A model generated the notes under the pieces. The model ran no database searches, was not told where the DNA came from, and saw only the letters and a program-made list of their open reading frames with translations. A program made the position numbers and the translations under genes. A stretch of 56,006 bases of DNA, counting the filler, from Sphacelaria rigidula (lineage: Eukaryota), in assembly GCA_964200075.2 (NCBI GenBank). It is 4 parts of 4 records of this genome, joined end to end, with 100 filler letters (N's around TTAATTAATTAA, not from the genome) between each part and the next. Parts side by side here need not be neighbours in the genome. Positions count along the whole stretch, not along the records: positions 28,059 to 41,983 come from CAXNAA020002582.1; positions 42,084 to 56,006 come from CAXNAA020002583.1; 2 more parts are not named here. One strand, given 5' to 3'. Positions 36,948 to 51,192 of the stretch are shown one piece after another. Every line of letters begins with the position of its first letter. Position 1 is the first letter of the stretch.

Positions 36948-39900
36948 TGCAGCCTCTGCCAGACGATCTGGACAAGAGGACTATCCACGAGGGACTACTA
37001 CTGCAGTAGCACTGGTCTCGTGCTCGAAAGGTCTCTTTTTCTCACTTGTTATTATCACGGAGTGATCCTTCACAGACCGCAACACCAGCCAGTAGCAAGG
37101 GGCCACATAGTAAGAGACATCAATCCAGGATCCCCTGTCCCCTGCCACTTCTCCAATCATACATGCGACTATACTGAAGCCTAAGGCTTGCTACCATCCG
37201 GCTACAGCACCCCCAAAGCGAGTTCAAGACAATCGAGCCTTATCATCCCACGGAATCCACAAAACATCACTTCTGCTTACATGAACGCGAAACAAACCAT
37301 CGTCAGCCAAGGCAGCTTGATCGAAAGTCGTAGGAAAAGAATGAACACCGTCGCCGACTGATTTGCCCTGCGCGGTACGGATGACATCTAACGAGGGCAG
37401 CGAATCATCGGCATCGCACGGGCTGTACACGGCAACAGAACGAACAGGCACAGTAGGAACCTTCACCAAGCGAGACAACAAATCTACCCAACAACTGCGC
37501 TCTCCAGGAATGTGTTCAATAGCCTAGCGGTATTGGCCTAGTACTCCTTTCCAATTTTCAAGCCGTTGGGCCATGACCTTCGTCATCGATGTGACACACT
37601 CGTCGGGGTTCAAAATGTATTTGAGATTGCGATGATCGATGAAAATGCCAACACTACCACAAAGCAAGTACTCTAGCCTTCGAAATGTATTGACTGTCGC
37701 GAAACCTTTCTTGTTCACTGTCGCCCACCGCAGCTGTGAACCCTTAAAGCTACCACTCAGAAATGCAACGGTTCGTGTGAAATGTTTTCTAGCGCAATGC
37801 CACTACTAAACTTTGCGACAGACACTTGCGTAAAAAGACTACCCCAATGAAAATCCGAAGCATCTGGAAACATGAGAACAACGCACTCTGGACGAGGATG
37901 ATACAACGGCACCGATTGGGCCACCAAATCTTGCGCAGCACGCCATGCCTGCACACGATCCTCCGTCCAAGCGTCCTCCAGAATGGTACGATTGCGCGCC
38001 ACCCGCTTGGTCCGACGCGAAGCCCCGACCATAAGTTTTCCCAGAAATACTCGCAGGGGAGCAACGACTTCCGCCATGCGCGGGAGCGAAGTCCGCGACC
38101 AATTCATCACCTGCAGAAACTGCATCAGCTCACCAGCGTTTTGAGGACGTCGCATATTTCTCAAACCTCGGATGCGAATGGGATCATGCGAGACAGTACC
38201 CTTGGAGGAAACCCTACCACACCGAACCACTTTGCAGGCGAAACAAATTCACTTATGCGCAGCGACGACCAGACCAAACCCTTTCAAGTGGCCAAGAATT
38301 TCGTCAAGCAAAGCTAACAATGTTTCTTCTTTTTCATTAACATAGAAAACGTCATCCACCTTCACTTTACAACCTAGAGCTAGCAAAATGTCATTCACCA
38401 CACCTTGGAAATACACCGTGGCGTTCAACACGCCCTGCGGAACACGAGAAGGCGTAAACAAACCGTCCGCCGTGACGATCGTGAAGATCTTCTGAGCCTC
38501 CGGCGCCAGAGTCATCTGCCAATACCCTTGTAGCATGTCCAACGTGCCGAAGAATTGGGCTCCTAGCAAGTCCTGCATGTCTTCTTGGCTTGACATCACC
38601 CCCGGCGACTGTTCCACTTGCGCATTCACCGTCTGATAGTCGCTGATCAAACGGAATGTGTCCCATCGGCGGGCTCACCTACACAGCCTAAATGTTCCTG
38701 ACCAACAAACCAGACCACCAAAGCTGCGATGCATGAGGCAAGCCACCCGGTCTTCACCGGATCGTACCGTCCGGGCTTGGCCTTCACCGCATTTGCCTGG
38801 GGCTTAAGCTGCACCCTCATGGCCTCAACGCGCGCTGACGGATCACCACGCAGCGCACGGCGAAATGTATCTACGCGACGAGCCAAAATATCGCGCAGGC
38901 AATGTGCGCCATCGGCGCTCAGGCCCTTCTGCTCGGCCTGCCGCACACTATCCTCAAGCGCACGTTCTTGGGCACCTCTCTTCTCTGCTGGGTCCATGAA
39001 CATGTCCGCTCTGAAATGACCGTATGGAGACGATCACACGACTTGCAGCAGGATGGGTGGGGTTTTCCACGCCGGTTTGCACCGGCACAGCACGTGAACG
39101 TAACAGATCGATCCCGAGCCCCTTCATCGTCGCCATCCGAAATAGAACCACGTTGTCCCTACCGGACATGGACAGCAAAAGTAATGGGCTGCAACTCCAC
39201 AGCCCCCCATGGCGTACGCACGCTAACAGTAATTGGCCTCGTTTCATGGGTAACCGTCATGGGAGCACCCGCGGCGGTCTGCGCCGTTTGCGCTTCGTTT
39301 TCGAACGGAATCTGAAACTGAGCGCCGCCAAACTGCGAAGACACTTGCTCCAGCAACCCCACACCGATTGACGTGAGCGGACCCAGAATCCAGAATAACG
39401 CAAGCCATGAACAACCCTAAAGAACCAGGCAAGGATAAATCTGCGCGTAAACACTCAGCCTTGCGATCGACAAGTACCACGCCTGCTGAAGAACCCTGTT
39501 CGGTACCAAGAGTCACCTGAGGCCAGGGCTGCCCTCCAGCACTTGGCATCGATAGCTGCGAACCGTCGGTCCAACCAGACCAAGCCGCCGAATATGCAGA
39601 CGGCGCTGTTACAGCCGTCGCAGCACTAGGATATGCACAAGACACGGATCCTACCTGGCCCGGGGAATACGAGCTATTCGCTCCAGCAATCCCCACCGAA
39701 GTATTTGCACTTCCCACGTAAACTGTCCGTCCCGCTACGGACGAACCATGAGATTCAGAGTCACCGACTGTAGTGGAAGAAAAAGCTGCGGGGGAACCAC
39801 TATCCGCCGCCGATTGCTTGCTACCGCGGCCGCCGCGCCCGCTTCTCTGACTGGCACGGCCTCATCCACCGTGACGACAGCCCCGAAATCCTGATGAATC

Positions 39901-41190
39901 TCGCGCATTGCCCTGTGCAGCGCCTTGAGCGCGAGGCTTGGGGAAATCCTTAATCAGATGTCCGGTGTCACCGCAGTTGTAACACGCGCGAGCGGACGAC
40001 TCTCGCGAAGACGGCTGCTATCTCTGTTGCCGTTGCTGTGTGCGGCGAGCATTACCTGCACTTGCCGCAGAATCGCGCCGGCTATGTGCCTCAATAAATT
40101 TCCACTGGTCGGCGGCTTCAAGTATTTTCTTGAACACCACCGTCGGATTATTTTTCCAGCCGTCAACATTCGTTGGTGTACTTCTAACATACGCCTTGAA
40201 TTCAGGAGGCGAAATCCCGTCTACCAAAGCTATGGAAACCGACTCGACCGGGCCTGGCAAACACCAACCCCTGTCCTCCGCACGGTATATTGCTTGCACC
40301 ATCAGGTTTTCTGCGAAACATATTTCCATATCTGAGCTGACCATCTTAGTACGATCCTTAACAGATTTTCCACCACTCTGTGTCATAGTAAGAACTCTCC
40401 ACAGGTCTGCTGCAGCTCGCGCAGTGTCATGCTTTCCACCGGTTGTAGTGTACCCGGCATGCTGCTTCAGAGCATCAAGCAATCCATCGGGGGTCATAGC
40501 ACGACGGTCCTTGTTTATATCTTCAAAACAACGATGAATGTATGTAGGGGTGAGTTGACCTATGCTCGCCCTCTCATGCCTCACAACGCCTGTACTAGTG
40601 GCTAAACTCAGCCTCTCTAAATAGTCGAGATAAGCGGCTTAAAATCTTCTTGACGCCTCTTCCGTCCACACTTCGCCATACTTCGGCGGCTCTAGTGGCT
40701 CACCTAACACCAGCGGCGCTGCCGTCGCTTGAGCCATGTCGTCCATACTTCAAACACGTCACGGAAAGACTCTCGCCTGACTTGTGCGCCCCCCCGGCTC
40801 GCGGAGCGTCCCCCACTGCTGTGCGCTTCAAGTTGGTCTCCTCCTGTCTGCGTGCTGAACTGGCTCTCAGCTGCAGCCCACTTTCTCCTCAGCCAAACTC
40901 CTCTAACAGAGTGCCGGAAGAATATGTAGATATTATAGCCTCTGCCAGACGGTCTGGACAAGAGGACTATCCACGAGGGACTCCGCCAGTAGCACTGGCC
41001 TCGTGCGCGACAGGCCCTCTCTTCTCACTTGTTATTATCACGGATTGATCTTTCACAGACCACAACACCAGCCAGCAGCAACGGGCCACACAAATAATGG
41101 CCACAAATCCAGGATCCCCTGCCCCCTGCCACTGCTCCAATCATGCATGCGATTATTCTGAAACCTACGGTTTGGTATCATTTGGCTACA
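36948..41190 (-). mobile_element. Degenerate Ty3/Gypsy LTR retrotransposon (gag-PR-RT-RH, integrase deleted)
   Basis: LTRs at 36948-37206 and 40934-41190, both ending GGCTACA. Internal domains: gag-like ORF 40018-40584, protease CVILDSGS (~39400), RT FFGTLDMLQGYWQ/VPQGVLNA/VDD (38249-38650), RNase H FPDASDFHWG…IFIDHRNL (37520-37900). Multiple frameshifts. Confidence 0.93.
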
Positions 41191-44100
41191 TGGCTCAGCG
41201 AAGGAACCATAGGTGAATGACTTTCACTAGAGTTAATGCGCTTCGTCGTGAACACTTGTCGATGCCAGGTTTTTGCAAATATGTATGTAGTGTAGGATCT
41301 TGAACAGACAGAGGGAGGGCAGGAAGATGTTCGACACCCCTCCCTCCCCTCCTCGGCGACCATGAGTACGATTCTCCAGAAACGTTCCTGTTGGCCTTGA
41401 CGATGTCTGTTGTTTCAAAAGCGATTGGAGATTATCGAGGTAGAACCATTACCAATCATCATTTTGTCAATGGTATCAAGGACATTGAGATGTTGGGAGA
41501 TCAGGGCCTCCATGGCTGTGACCCGCTACCTCGTACCTCTCGATGCTAAAAAGACAACACGTTCAATTGGTGTAGAGTTTGGTGCGCCCCGCCCTCGTCT
41601 GGAGAAGTCGAACGGAGTTGTAGCCAACGCGTAGCCCCTGAGGATTACAATGACACGTACAACGCAGCTGGCAGTTGCGAGCCATACAAGAATGTCAAAG
41701 AAACCACACGTCCTTCTGTACTCGAGCCCAAGCGCTGAGTAATCCATATTTTGGAATATAAACAACGTGACGGTTCGTGTAGTCACGGCAGGGAAAAAAA
41801 GGTGACGGTAAGGCTCCTTACTCTACCATCCTTGCTTCACGCGAAGAAAGTGGGCCCTCAAATACAGGCAGCCCAGCTCCAGATGCGTGTCGACCGGAGC
41901 ACTCCGCACCACGCGACATTCCACACCAAGATGGAAGAGCTTTCGTCGCACCAACACTTGCGTACAGAAAATCTGAAGAGAGGNNNNNNNNNNNNNNNNN
42001 NNNNNNNNNNNNNNNNNNNNNNNNNNNTTAATTAATTAANNNNNNNNNNNNNNNNNNNNNNNNNNNNNNNNNNNNNNNNNNNNCAGATGTCTCGTTGCTG
42101 TCAAAGCATGCGCATGTCCGCATGCCGTCATGGAATTGGCGGATGATGGAAATTATCTTGGCGGGTATACCGTAGCGTGCTAGAACTTTCTAGAGAAGAG
42201 AACGGTCGACTGAGTCGTACGCTTTTTAGGGGTCGATGAAGCAAATATTATATATATATTTATATACATCCTACGCTCCCTATTTCGCCCTCGGCCGCTC
42301 TCCACCTTCGATGGTGCCGGGGTTGCACCCCATCTCTCGACCTCTTACGGTATTCGGGGATGTGCGAAGTCGTACACCCCGTAGCGCTTTTCTTGAGACA
42401 CCTTTCTCCGGAATTCCTGTGCTGCCTGCCGTTTGCTCCCGATGACGATATCTTGAGAGTGGACGCGTGCCGAAAGTTGAAGGCAAGGCGCCTCGTGTGA
42501 ACGATGACCGCGCTGTAGTCCAGTACCGTACCAGGAAATAACGTGGCAAGTCAAACGTTGGTACCTCAGCGAAGTGCCATTACTTGCTAATTTCCCCGTG
42601 TAATCGTCGTTTGAGATGAGGCCTCTCACACCCTACCGTTCGAAGTGCGTCCTCATTCCTAGAAAAAAACTTCGAAGGCGAGGGGCATACGACACAAAAC
42701 TCCCAACGATAGGTTCACCATGAAAAGGTTACAGGTGGTGCGACACCGCACAAATCGGGCACGGTCAGAGAAAGCAGCGGAGGTGGGGTACAAAGAAATT
42801 CAAACCAAATAACAAAAAATGAGACTAGTGGCGGGGGGGGGAAGGGGGGGGATGAAACACAGAATGTTCCAGCCTGATTTCGAGTCCATGAAAAATACAG
42901 TCTCATGTCCACCACCTCGTGTACTCTCGTGTTTCCGCGTCGGCCTTCAGCCATCTCGGGGTAACAGCGCCGATTTCAACTCGATATCTGACCGAAGTCA
43001 CGGCATATGGCGAGTTGATTATCCAGGCAATGTCTATCCGATCTCGACTCCCCTCAATTCACACCCTGCACGCAAACTTGTCATGTGTTCCACACTTCAC
43101 ATTACTCCACAGCGCATACCCTCCTTGAGTGTGACATCCTCAAGTGCGCGCGACCAAAACTGTGGACACATGTATTACGCATCTGTACTTTGGACGACCT
43201 TCTCAATTTCTCCAACCCCGGGTTGCGCACGTCTGTACATTTTATTTTCCACATGTGCTGTTGAGGTCGATCATCTTCTGTGCTTCGTTTCTCAACGTCA
43301 TGTTTCCTCTTCTTTAGTCAACCAATTATGTTATGTTTGATTCTCCATTTGTTCCTTTTTAGTGAGCGAGTGTTTCAGTTTTGCTCGTCTTGGGTACGTC
43401 TGTCGTGTGACCATGGCTGGACGCATGGTTGTCAAGTTGAAGTACGACCATCATTCTATCAAATCGATCAAATGTGGGGGAGGGGTGGGTGGGAGGATTT
43501 TCTCTTGCAAAAAATTGCACGCAATTGTTCGTGCCCGTATCATCGGTCATGTCCATGTCAGATGTTCTCTGGTACAAGCTCCTTCATAAGTCATTCTCCA
43601 CAGATTTGGTGCCTTGACAGTGCGTCTTCGGGCGGGGCTAGCTGCTACGGCCAAGTATGAGATCCAAGACCATCTCAGGACCACCGTCAATGTTGTGGCG
43701 GAACAAAGCTGATCACTGCTTATGGGCTCAGGGGAAGTCGCTCAGTGTGGTTGTTGTGCGCGCATTGAAATGAACAAAATAGCACCTTAGGAAGCCAAAT
43801 TATGCCCCGGGGTAAAACATGCATCTACACGGGACATCATGGTGCACAACGCAGGGCGTCAAGCGGAAGTCACGGGTTTGGCCGGGGACACCCCGAACAC
43901 GCACCAAGTACGCTGGTTGGGGCCGGCGTCATCGAGCCACGATCCCACCATGAAGAACAAGGGGAAGGGAGTCATGAGCCGAACTGACAGCAATCGCTCG
44001 CGTGAGCACCTCAGAATCGGATTTCGGGTTTCATCGGTCGTGACATTCCCATCAAAAGGTGGCAAGACCAGAGCTCTGTGGTGCATCTACACATCTCCTG

Positions 44101-44466
44101 CGTGGAGCTTGTGTCAATGTGTAGTGGGCTCATGTCCCACGAATTATACTTCATGATGCCCCAAAGCATCAGATGTACACCCGCCCCGAATAGCGCATGG
44201 CTTACCGGAAGACGACGAGATCATATTTTCCCCAATCCTCGTATTAATTATTGAAGCTGCGCAACGACGGGAACCGTCGCCAACGGCACAAGAAACTGTC
44301 GACACAACAAGACGCCTCCGGGAACCACACAGACACCAAACCCGATCCCTTTCGCATGTTTTCTAGTAATCGCCCACGAGTTTCTTCCGCCCGTGCGGGC
44401 GGGTTGCGAGGAAGCAGGACCCGCTACCATCTCATCACACACTAATCGCAGTAGTGAAGACAAGTC

Positions 44467-46070
44467 CTAGTCGCCGCCACCGCCACGACCGAAGCCGCCT
44501 CCACGGCGGTATCCGTCCTGGCCGCCGCCCTGCAGGAAACGGCAGAGCGTGATATCAGGTGAGTCGTGATCTGGGTCATGATTTGAACGAGAGTCCACGC
44601 AGTCGTTGTACCAGGCTACGATTGATGTACAACGAGCTGAACTCGAACTAAAGCGCGTCGGTACGGGGGACCACAAACGCGACGCGATGTCGAGAAGACT
44701 GTTGAGTAGCAATTTCGTGGAGTCCGGCCGAAACACCCCACGGGGCGATACTGACGACACGAGGAACTTCGGGAATGCCACCGTACACTACCGCCGTCTT
44801 GCAGCTTGGGCCGATTTTATGATCAGAGAACGGACTCTCTGAGAACCGGCTCTTCCAAGCCTGTCACCGCGGAGTTTTGGCAGAAGACGCGCCTTGTGGA
44901 TCGGACTTCCTCTGAAATAGTTTGTTTTCCCACCATCAAGGGTGGCCTCAAGATTGTAAAAAAAACAAAATTACAGCGGTGTGCGTTTCGAGGGTAGTGT
45001 TGCTTTCTACTCGGTTTCAGCCACCATTATCCTGCACCATGCACGATCACTACATGACTCGCAGGTATCAACTTACCCTTTGGAACTCCGGGTTGAAGTC
45101 CCCTCCCGGGCCCATCTTCTTGTCACCGAAACGGTCGCCGCCGTAGCCGCCGCGGCCGCCGTCACGCTCGCCTGAAATTTCGGACAATCATGTCATTGAT
45201 TGAATTTCAGGTTTAGTCAGGATAGATGTTTCACGAGATCAACCAAACTCATGTCAACAACACTACAATACACGAAACCGACAGACTACTCCTTCCGAGT
45301 TCTCTGCTGTTTTTACCCCAGGAACAGTGATAACGCCACCAAATATATACAAGGTATGGACAAGATACCTCCAGGTGCAGGTCCTGGACGGGCGGGGCGA
45401 GACGCGCTCTTCTTGAGCGTGGCCGGCACGATCTCCTCGGGAAGGTGAAGGTACTCCCTCAGATACTCGATGCCCTCGACCGTTAGGTACCAGTAGAAGT
45501 ACTGCCTGAACGTTCAAATTTCAGGTCAGGTACGAAAGCAATGGGGGAAGTGAGAGAGAAATCACAACGGAATAATACATGGTGTCATGTAGAATGCGAC
45601 GAACAACGACAACCTTCGCGACAGCGGGGCAGGAAGAAATGGCCACGATCGACGTGATCTGTCTAACTTGTGCCGTCATGTGGCAACAGTCTGGAATCGC
45701 TGGCCAGACAATTGATTGACACCACATAAAACCCTGCATCTCCGAGTGCACTCTGAGTGTTTTCCTCTGTATGCAGTGGGGTTTCGTTTACTCTTCTTCA
45801 ACTACTAGCACTTCAACGACTTCAAACAGAGACACATAAGCGCCCTCACGTGTGCCACTGTCGAAAAAAAAATGATAAGGCCGCTCACCAGTTGAAGGTC
45901 TCGCGCACGAGGCCGCGAGACTTCATCGACTTCATGAGGCAGAGCACCTCCAAGTTGGGCACGTCCTCGATCTCATCGTGTTTGGCTTTGAAGAAGTCCT
46001 TCTTCGCCACCAGGACGCCTTCCTTGAAGAGGTAAGAGTAGACCGCTACGCGGTTCTTCTTTTGGATGAA
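44467..46070 (-). CDS. RPS10: 40S ribosomal protein S10 (eS10)
   Basis: Exons 46070-45889 ([25 protein letters not shown]…[17 protein letters not shown]…FNW), 45505-45369 ([30 protein letters not shown]), 45171-45077 and 44529-44467 (RG-rich tail, TAG). All introns are GT-AG and in phase. The start codon probably lies in an upstream micro-exon that is not resolved. Confidence 0.95.
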
Positions 46071-49000
46071 CTGTATCGACAACATATCCACAACAAACCC
46101 AGAGAGGAGACGAATCGGCGTTGAAAAAAAACACAGCTGTGGGGATCAAGTACTTGTTTGTTCATCATCAGCTTTAAATATGGAGCTGATTCATGTTGAT
46201 CGTGGACGATACAACGAGATGATCCCTCCTCCTTGGGTTTCTCGCTGATGTGCAAGCTAGCCCACCAAAGGCCAGGGACTTCGCCAAGTCCCGATGCGCT
46301 ACTTGCTTCTCGGGTTAGAAACTGATTTATGGACAGGAGGCGTGCAAGGTACTCGCAGACCCATTACGAGTCAATGTCCGGGGGGTAGTCGTATCTTGAC
46401 CCGAGGAATAAAGGGGAGGGAACAGGCGCGCGATGCTTGGGTGATTACTTCGTCGGTGACACCCAACTTTAAGGCATCAAGTTATGGGTTACTCAATTCG
46501 TGCAGGTGTCGTTGCAAATCGGCTGTTCAAATAGCCAACCTCAGGATCTGTCTCACCACCCTTCTTTCCGGTCGAAAAAATGGGGCGGTGGAATCGATCT
46601 GAGCGAAAATTTCTTGTTTATATGCAGGGTGAAGATGGATTTCCAAGCTTTCGATCCAAGTACAGAGAAAGCGTGAAACGGCACATGATCACTCGTGTAC
46701 AGTACAGACAGGGTGTACCGCCTGCAGTGCTTTGAAGCAGGGTGTATTGAGTGCATGGGTGTGTTTCGTGTAGGAAGATGTGAAGGAGAAGCAGGCAACG
46801 TGCAGTGCAGACAGCCTAGGACTTTCAAATATCTCTGCTACAATGCGGTGTGAAAAGGACTTCAGCAACGTGCGGCTTGTACTGCCTGCATTGTCCATGA
46901 GCTTGCACGCAGATCCGTTGCCCACCGTACCACGCAGTTCCGTCCCTCATGCCGACCACGAGAAAATATGTTCAAGTTTTCGCTAAAAATAAACAAAGCA
47001 CACCCGACTACTGCAGTATAGTCATCCCTGTGCTCAACTCGTGCTCTATGCTGCAGGGTTGCGGTGGTAGCTGAGACTGAGTTGGACGGAGTTTGCATGG
47101 TCCCGTGAACAGGTGTTACTTTGCGTGGTGGTCTGTAAGATAGAAGTAAAGTGCCGCTCCGTGCCTTTCGACCGCATGTGTTTGATAAAAACCGACTGTG
47201 TTTCACCTCGTTGCATTTTTCTCCGCGCGCCGCTAATTATAATTTTGAGTTGAAGCCTTCAAGGAACATGAATGCGGTGGACATATGAGATCGGCCAAAA
47301 AGAATCGACCGCACTTTTTCGATCGGAAAGAAAAGTGCCAATACAGGCCCTCATCATGAGGCCCACCTGACTCGCCGCCACAGCAAAAGACTCATACTAC
47401 TGTCGCCGCACCATCACCTCGCGTCACCCTCTTCGTCTTCTGCAGCCCTCCCACCGACAGGTCTAGTCTCGCCGCCTCGTAAAAGACTTTGTCGTCTCGT
47501 CCCCACCCGTCGACTCCATTAAGCAAGAGTTTTCACCTCGTGGAGGCTACCATCACAAGTTTCCTCCACTGCCTCGCCCGGACTACGCATGTCGCTGTCT
47601 CATCACAGCCGACACCTAGCCCAGCCTCTCCTCATTTCAAGTGTGTTTTTCATGGCGCTGTGTACTTTCTGGCATTGTGTTAGCTCGGTGCTTGTCTTGT
47701 CCAACATCAGAAATAAGACAGGCAAGGGACTGACACAAAGTCAGGAAGTTCACAGCGCGATCAAGATAAACTTAGAGGGACCAAGAGGTCGGGCTAACTG
47801 CCGGCTGTGGAGAAGACAGTGCGAGGCTATGTAGGTAACTTGAGACGGCGGCCACTGACGATGTCAGTACTCTCGCTGTAAATGAGGACGGGTGGAGTCG
47901 AGATTACAGCGTCTTATACGAAGCGGTGCGAGGAGACCTCATGTTGGAGGGGCTGAAGGAGACGAGTAGGGTGAGACGAGCGGACGGTGCAGCGGTGGAT
48001 TTCCCAGTTTCTTGCTGTGGGAGTGAGTCAGGTGGGCAACACGATATGGGACCAGCCGGTAAAGACACGATTTGAAACAATGTCACGACACCGAGTACGT
48101 CGACAACGGCCCATGGTAATTGTTGCTCTTGTTGTCTTTACATCAAAAACCGTTCCGACATCTGCGCGGTACATTCGCACTGGGGATCTGATGCGGACGC
48201 CTTCCGTGGTCCCAGGCTAGCAGGAAAAGAAAAAACAAGAGAAAAAAATAGACCCAGATTAAATCTGACAAAACCCGATAAAAGCTAAACAGAAATAGAT
48301 AATCAAGAAGAAAGGGAGTACACATTGCTAATCTCAGAAGATCCGGTGCCGCAGGTGGCCATTAGGACTTCAGGGGGTGGCACTCGGTTTTCCAACTCGA
48401 CGTGCGACAGGTAGAGACGAACACGGGGTCCGGCTACGGGCGATGCGGTTCAGATATCGCGCCGAAGTGAAGAGGCCAAATTCGTTGCTGCTTCACAACG
48501 ACCAAAGACGCACAGGACCGAACCCAGCAGGCACTCTGCGGTGGACTCGACGGCCTCGTACAGCGGGTCCAGCCAAAGGAGTGTGTGTGCCATACAAGTC
48601 CGGGGATGGCTGCTTACTCAATCGGGATTGTATTCCTACACGATTTCTCATCTGCTCACTCGAAAAGTTCACAAGTTTGGTTCACCCTTTTGGAATGCCT
48701 TGACGAATTTTGTCGATGTGAATCGGCATCATTTTCAGTCATTTCCGAGTCAAAATAATGCCGATCCATAGAAACAAAAACATTCCGGGGGGTGCCGAAG
48801 GGTTAGCATGGGGAAAATATGCAGGTCGTGCTCACGACACACTGCTTCTTCCGTTTCATCAGGGCATTACAGAGTCCGCGCATCAGGGGGTGTTACGGGT
48901 TGCATATGATCCACGGACACGGTTCCAAGGCTGTGGCGCCATGATCGCAATTTTTCTCTTCGAAATCCTTGTCGGGTGTTCCTGTCGATTGTCAAGGGTT

Positions 49001-49819
49001 AGGCTCGGACAGAGAGGGTGATGGGTCGAGGTAACCGAAAACCTGGGAAAATCGTTCTTGATCGAACTACTTTATTCAACTTGAACTCCTGTATTCATTG
49101 ATAGACCCCACGGCTGTGGGGGGGAGCAGAGAGGAGAGTGAACAGAACATCGGGATTATAAACGCCCATAGACGTGATGAACTGAACGACAGCGACGAAA
49201 TACGGCTGACCTGAGCAACAGACAGCAAACTGGCAATCTCGAAGGCTTTTCCAACACAACGTTCAAGTTCAGGACTCGACGGTCTCACGGGGTACCGCGT
49301 GAACGGATTCTGGCGGAAAGACTATACCCCCAAGGCACGCACAAAAAGGTGGAGTATGCAATGTAGTCGTACACCTGCAGCCCACAATTACGCCAGAGCG
49401 GACTCGGATTGAAACATGTATCCACTGTCGATCTCGGTGACCGCCTCCCTCACAGCTTAGGGTATAGACCAACTCGAAGAAGAGGCAGTTTAGCCGGCAG
49501 CAGCTGCATATCAAAGTCGGGACAATCCTGTACGAAATTGGCGAGCGAACTTGCCAGGTAACCACCGCACCGGCGACCGCGATGGAAGTTACTCAATCAA
49601 TACTCGGAGCGGCCCAGACACGAATCCCCGAAAAGGCACCAATACCATGTATGCCGGGGCGGCGTACAAGAGGAAGCTCCTGCCAAACGACGGGAGAGCT
49701 CCTCTGATGGGGGTATTACGGCCCTGGGAAGCTCCCAGAGCCGCGTGTAGGGGAATACGCACAGCAACAGGCGACGGCATCGATGCACATCTGGAGAGGT
49801 ATTAGGCACGGCGAGGAGC

Positions 49820-50545
49820 GATCTACGAGGGTCGGGACGTGAGGGGCTTGTATAAACACCCCGAGAGATTGGTGAGCCCAGAAGGAAGACAAGCGGGGCA
49901 AGAGCAGTTTGTCACAGACGGAAACGGTGTTTTGCTGAAGGACATGGGAGGTATCGTATCAATACCACCATGGGCAAGGTTCTTCGAGGAATCCTCCGTG
50001 ACACCAAAATCGACATCAAGCGAAGACGGGTAGCACCTCCTGAGATTCGGCATTACTTGGGTCGACACGAACAGTGGAGGAGATCAGACGGCAAGTCCGG
50101 GGTATCCAGACACGTAGACGCGCCCGGACACGACTCCTTGATGTACAGCTCCTGCTGGTGATGAACGGCCTCGCCGAAACCCTTTTTTTCACGTTCCCAT
50201 GCCATCCTCAACACGTGTAACGGAGGGGAGGTCGCACAGGAGTAGGAAGATGCAACCATCAAAGTGCTCTACAAGAAATAGAAGCAGTCCAAGGACAAGA
50301 ACCACAAGGAAATCACACGGGTCGCGCACGGAAAAAGTACTCCGGAAGATTGGGATTCTACAGGAGGAACGGGATTTCCGGCCTGATCGGTACACCGTCG
50401 TTTGCTGTTCACAGTTCGCCGACTCCAGGAGCTGGAGCGATGAAGAGTACCGATGTTTATGTACTTCATCGACCTCCAGAAGGCCTCCGACTCGGTCGAC
50501 CGAGAGGTTGTGTTTGAGGTGCTGGCTCGAGCTTATGGGCGTGTA
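49820..50545 (+). mobile_element. Degenerate RTE-like LINE fragment (RT N-terminal motifs)
   Basis: Peptide …LFTVRRLQEL…MFMYFIDLQKASDSVDREVVFEVLAR. The 5' boundary is approximate. Confidence 0.7.
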
Positions 50546-50863
50546 CTGCTCTCCTCAGGCGCCGACCATATTCCATGCTTTCCTTCGTATACCGCAAGAA
50601 GCGAGAAGTCTCGCAACGGAAGTGCGGGTTGTACAGCTGTGTTGACGTCTATGGAATGCGGACCAAGAACTTCCTTACAGATCATGATGTGTCTGAAACA
50701 AGTAATCAAAGGAGACTCTCGAGTCCGTTGGTCCGAACCAACATGTAATGATACTGCTGCACCGTCTGCATGCCGCTATTGGTGAGATAATCGTACCCCG
50801 AAAGCGGTGAAGGTTCATTTTCTGTCAAGATTTTCACATACAGCAAGAGACAAGAACCTCCAG

Positions 50864-51192
50864 ATGGATCTCCATCTCTCAAGGTCGCGGACGCACCGCC
50901 TTTCAGACTTCACTCGTTCGGGACATCCGAGCTGACGCCTTCGGACGAGGTAGTCAAGGCTCCGTTTCTGATCGTTTCAGCTAATAAACGCGGCGACCTT
51001 CAGCATGCTTCCACAAGAACTGGAGACCTTAACCAACTACTACTGCTGGAACCTCTCACACTTCCACCTCTGGGAAAGGACGCAGCATTTTGGAATTTCA
51101 ATGCTTGCCAGCGACGCGAAGTTCTTCACCAAGGATCCTCACCATGGGCCACAGCCATGTATGAGGGGTTGGCCCACAAAAACAGTATCCAA
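50864..51192 (+). CDS. Possible exon of an unidentified gene
   Basis: Stop-free frame between cag| and |gtgaga, phase-compatible with a candidate exon at 47711-47787. No recognisable homology. Confidence 0.25.

Noticed and set aside
46071-46170. Intronic C/D snoRNA in RPS10
   Set aside because: An ATGATGA C-box-like motif is present on the minus strand near 46168, but there is no CTGA D box before the acceptor.
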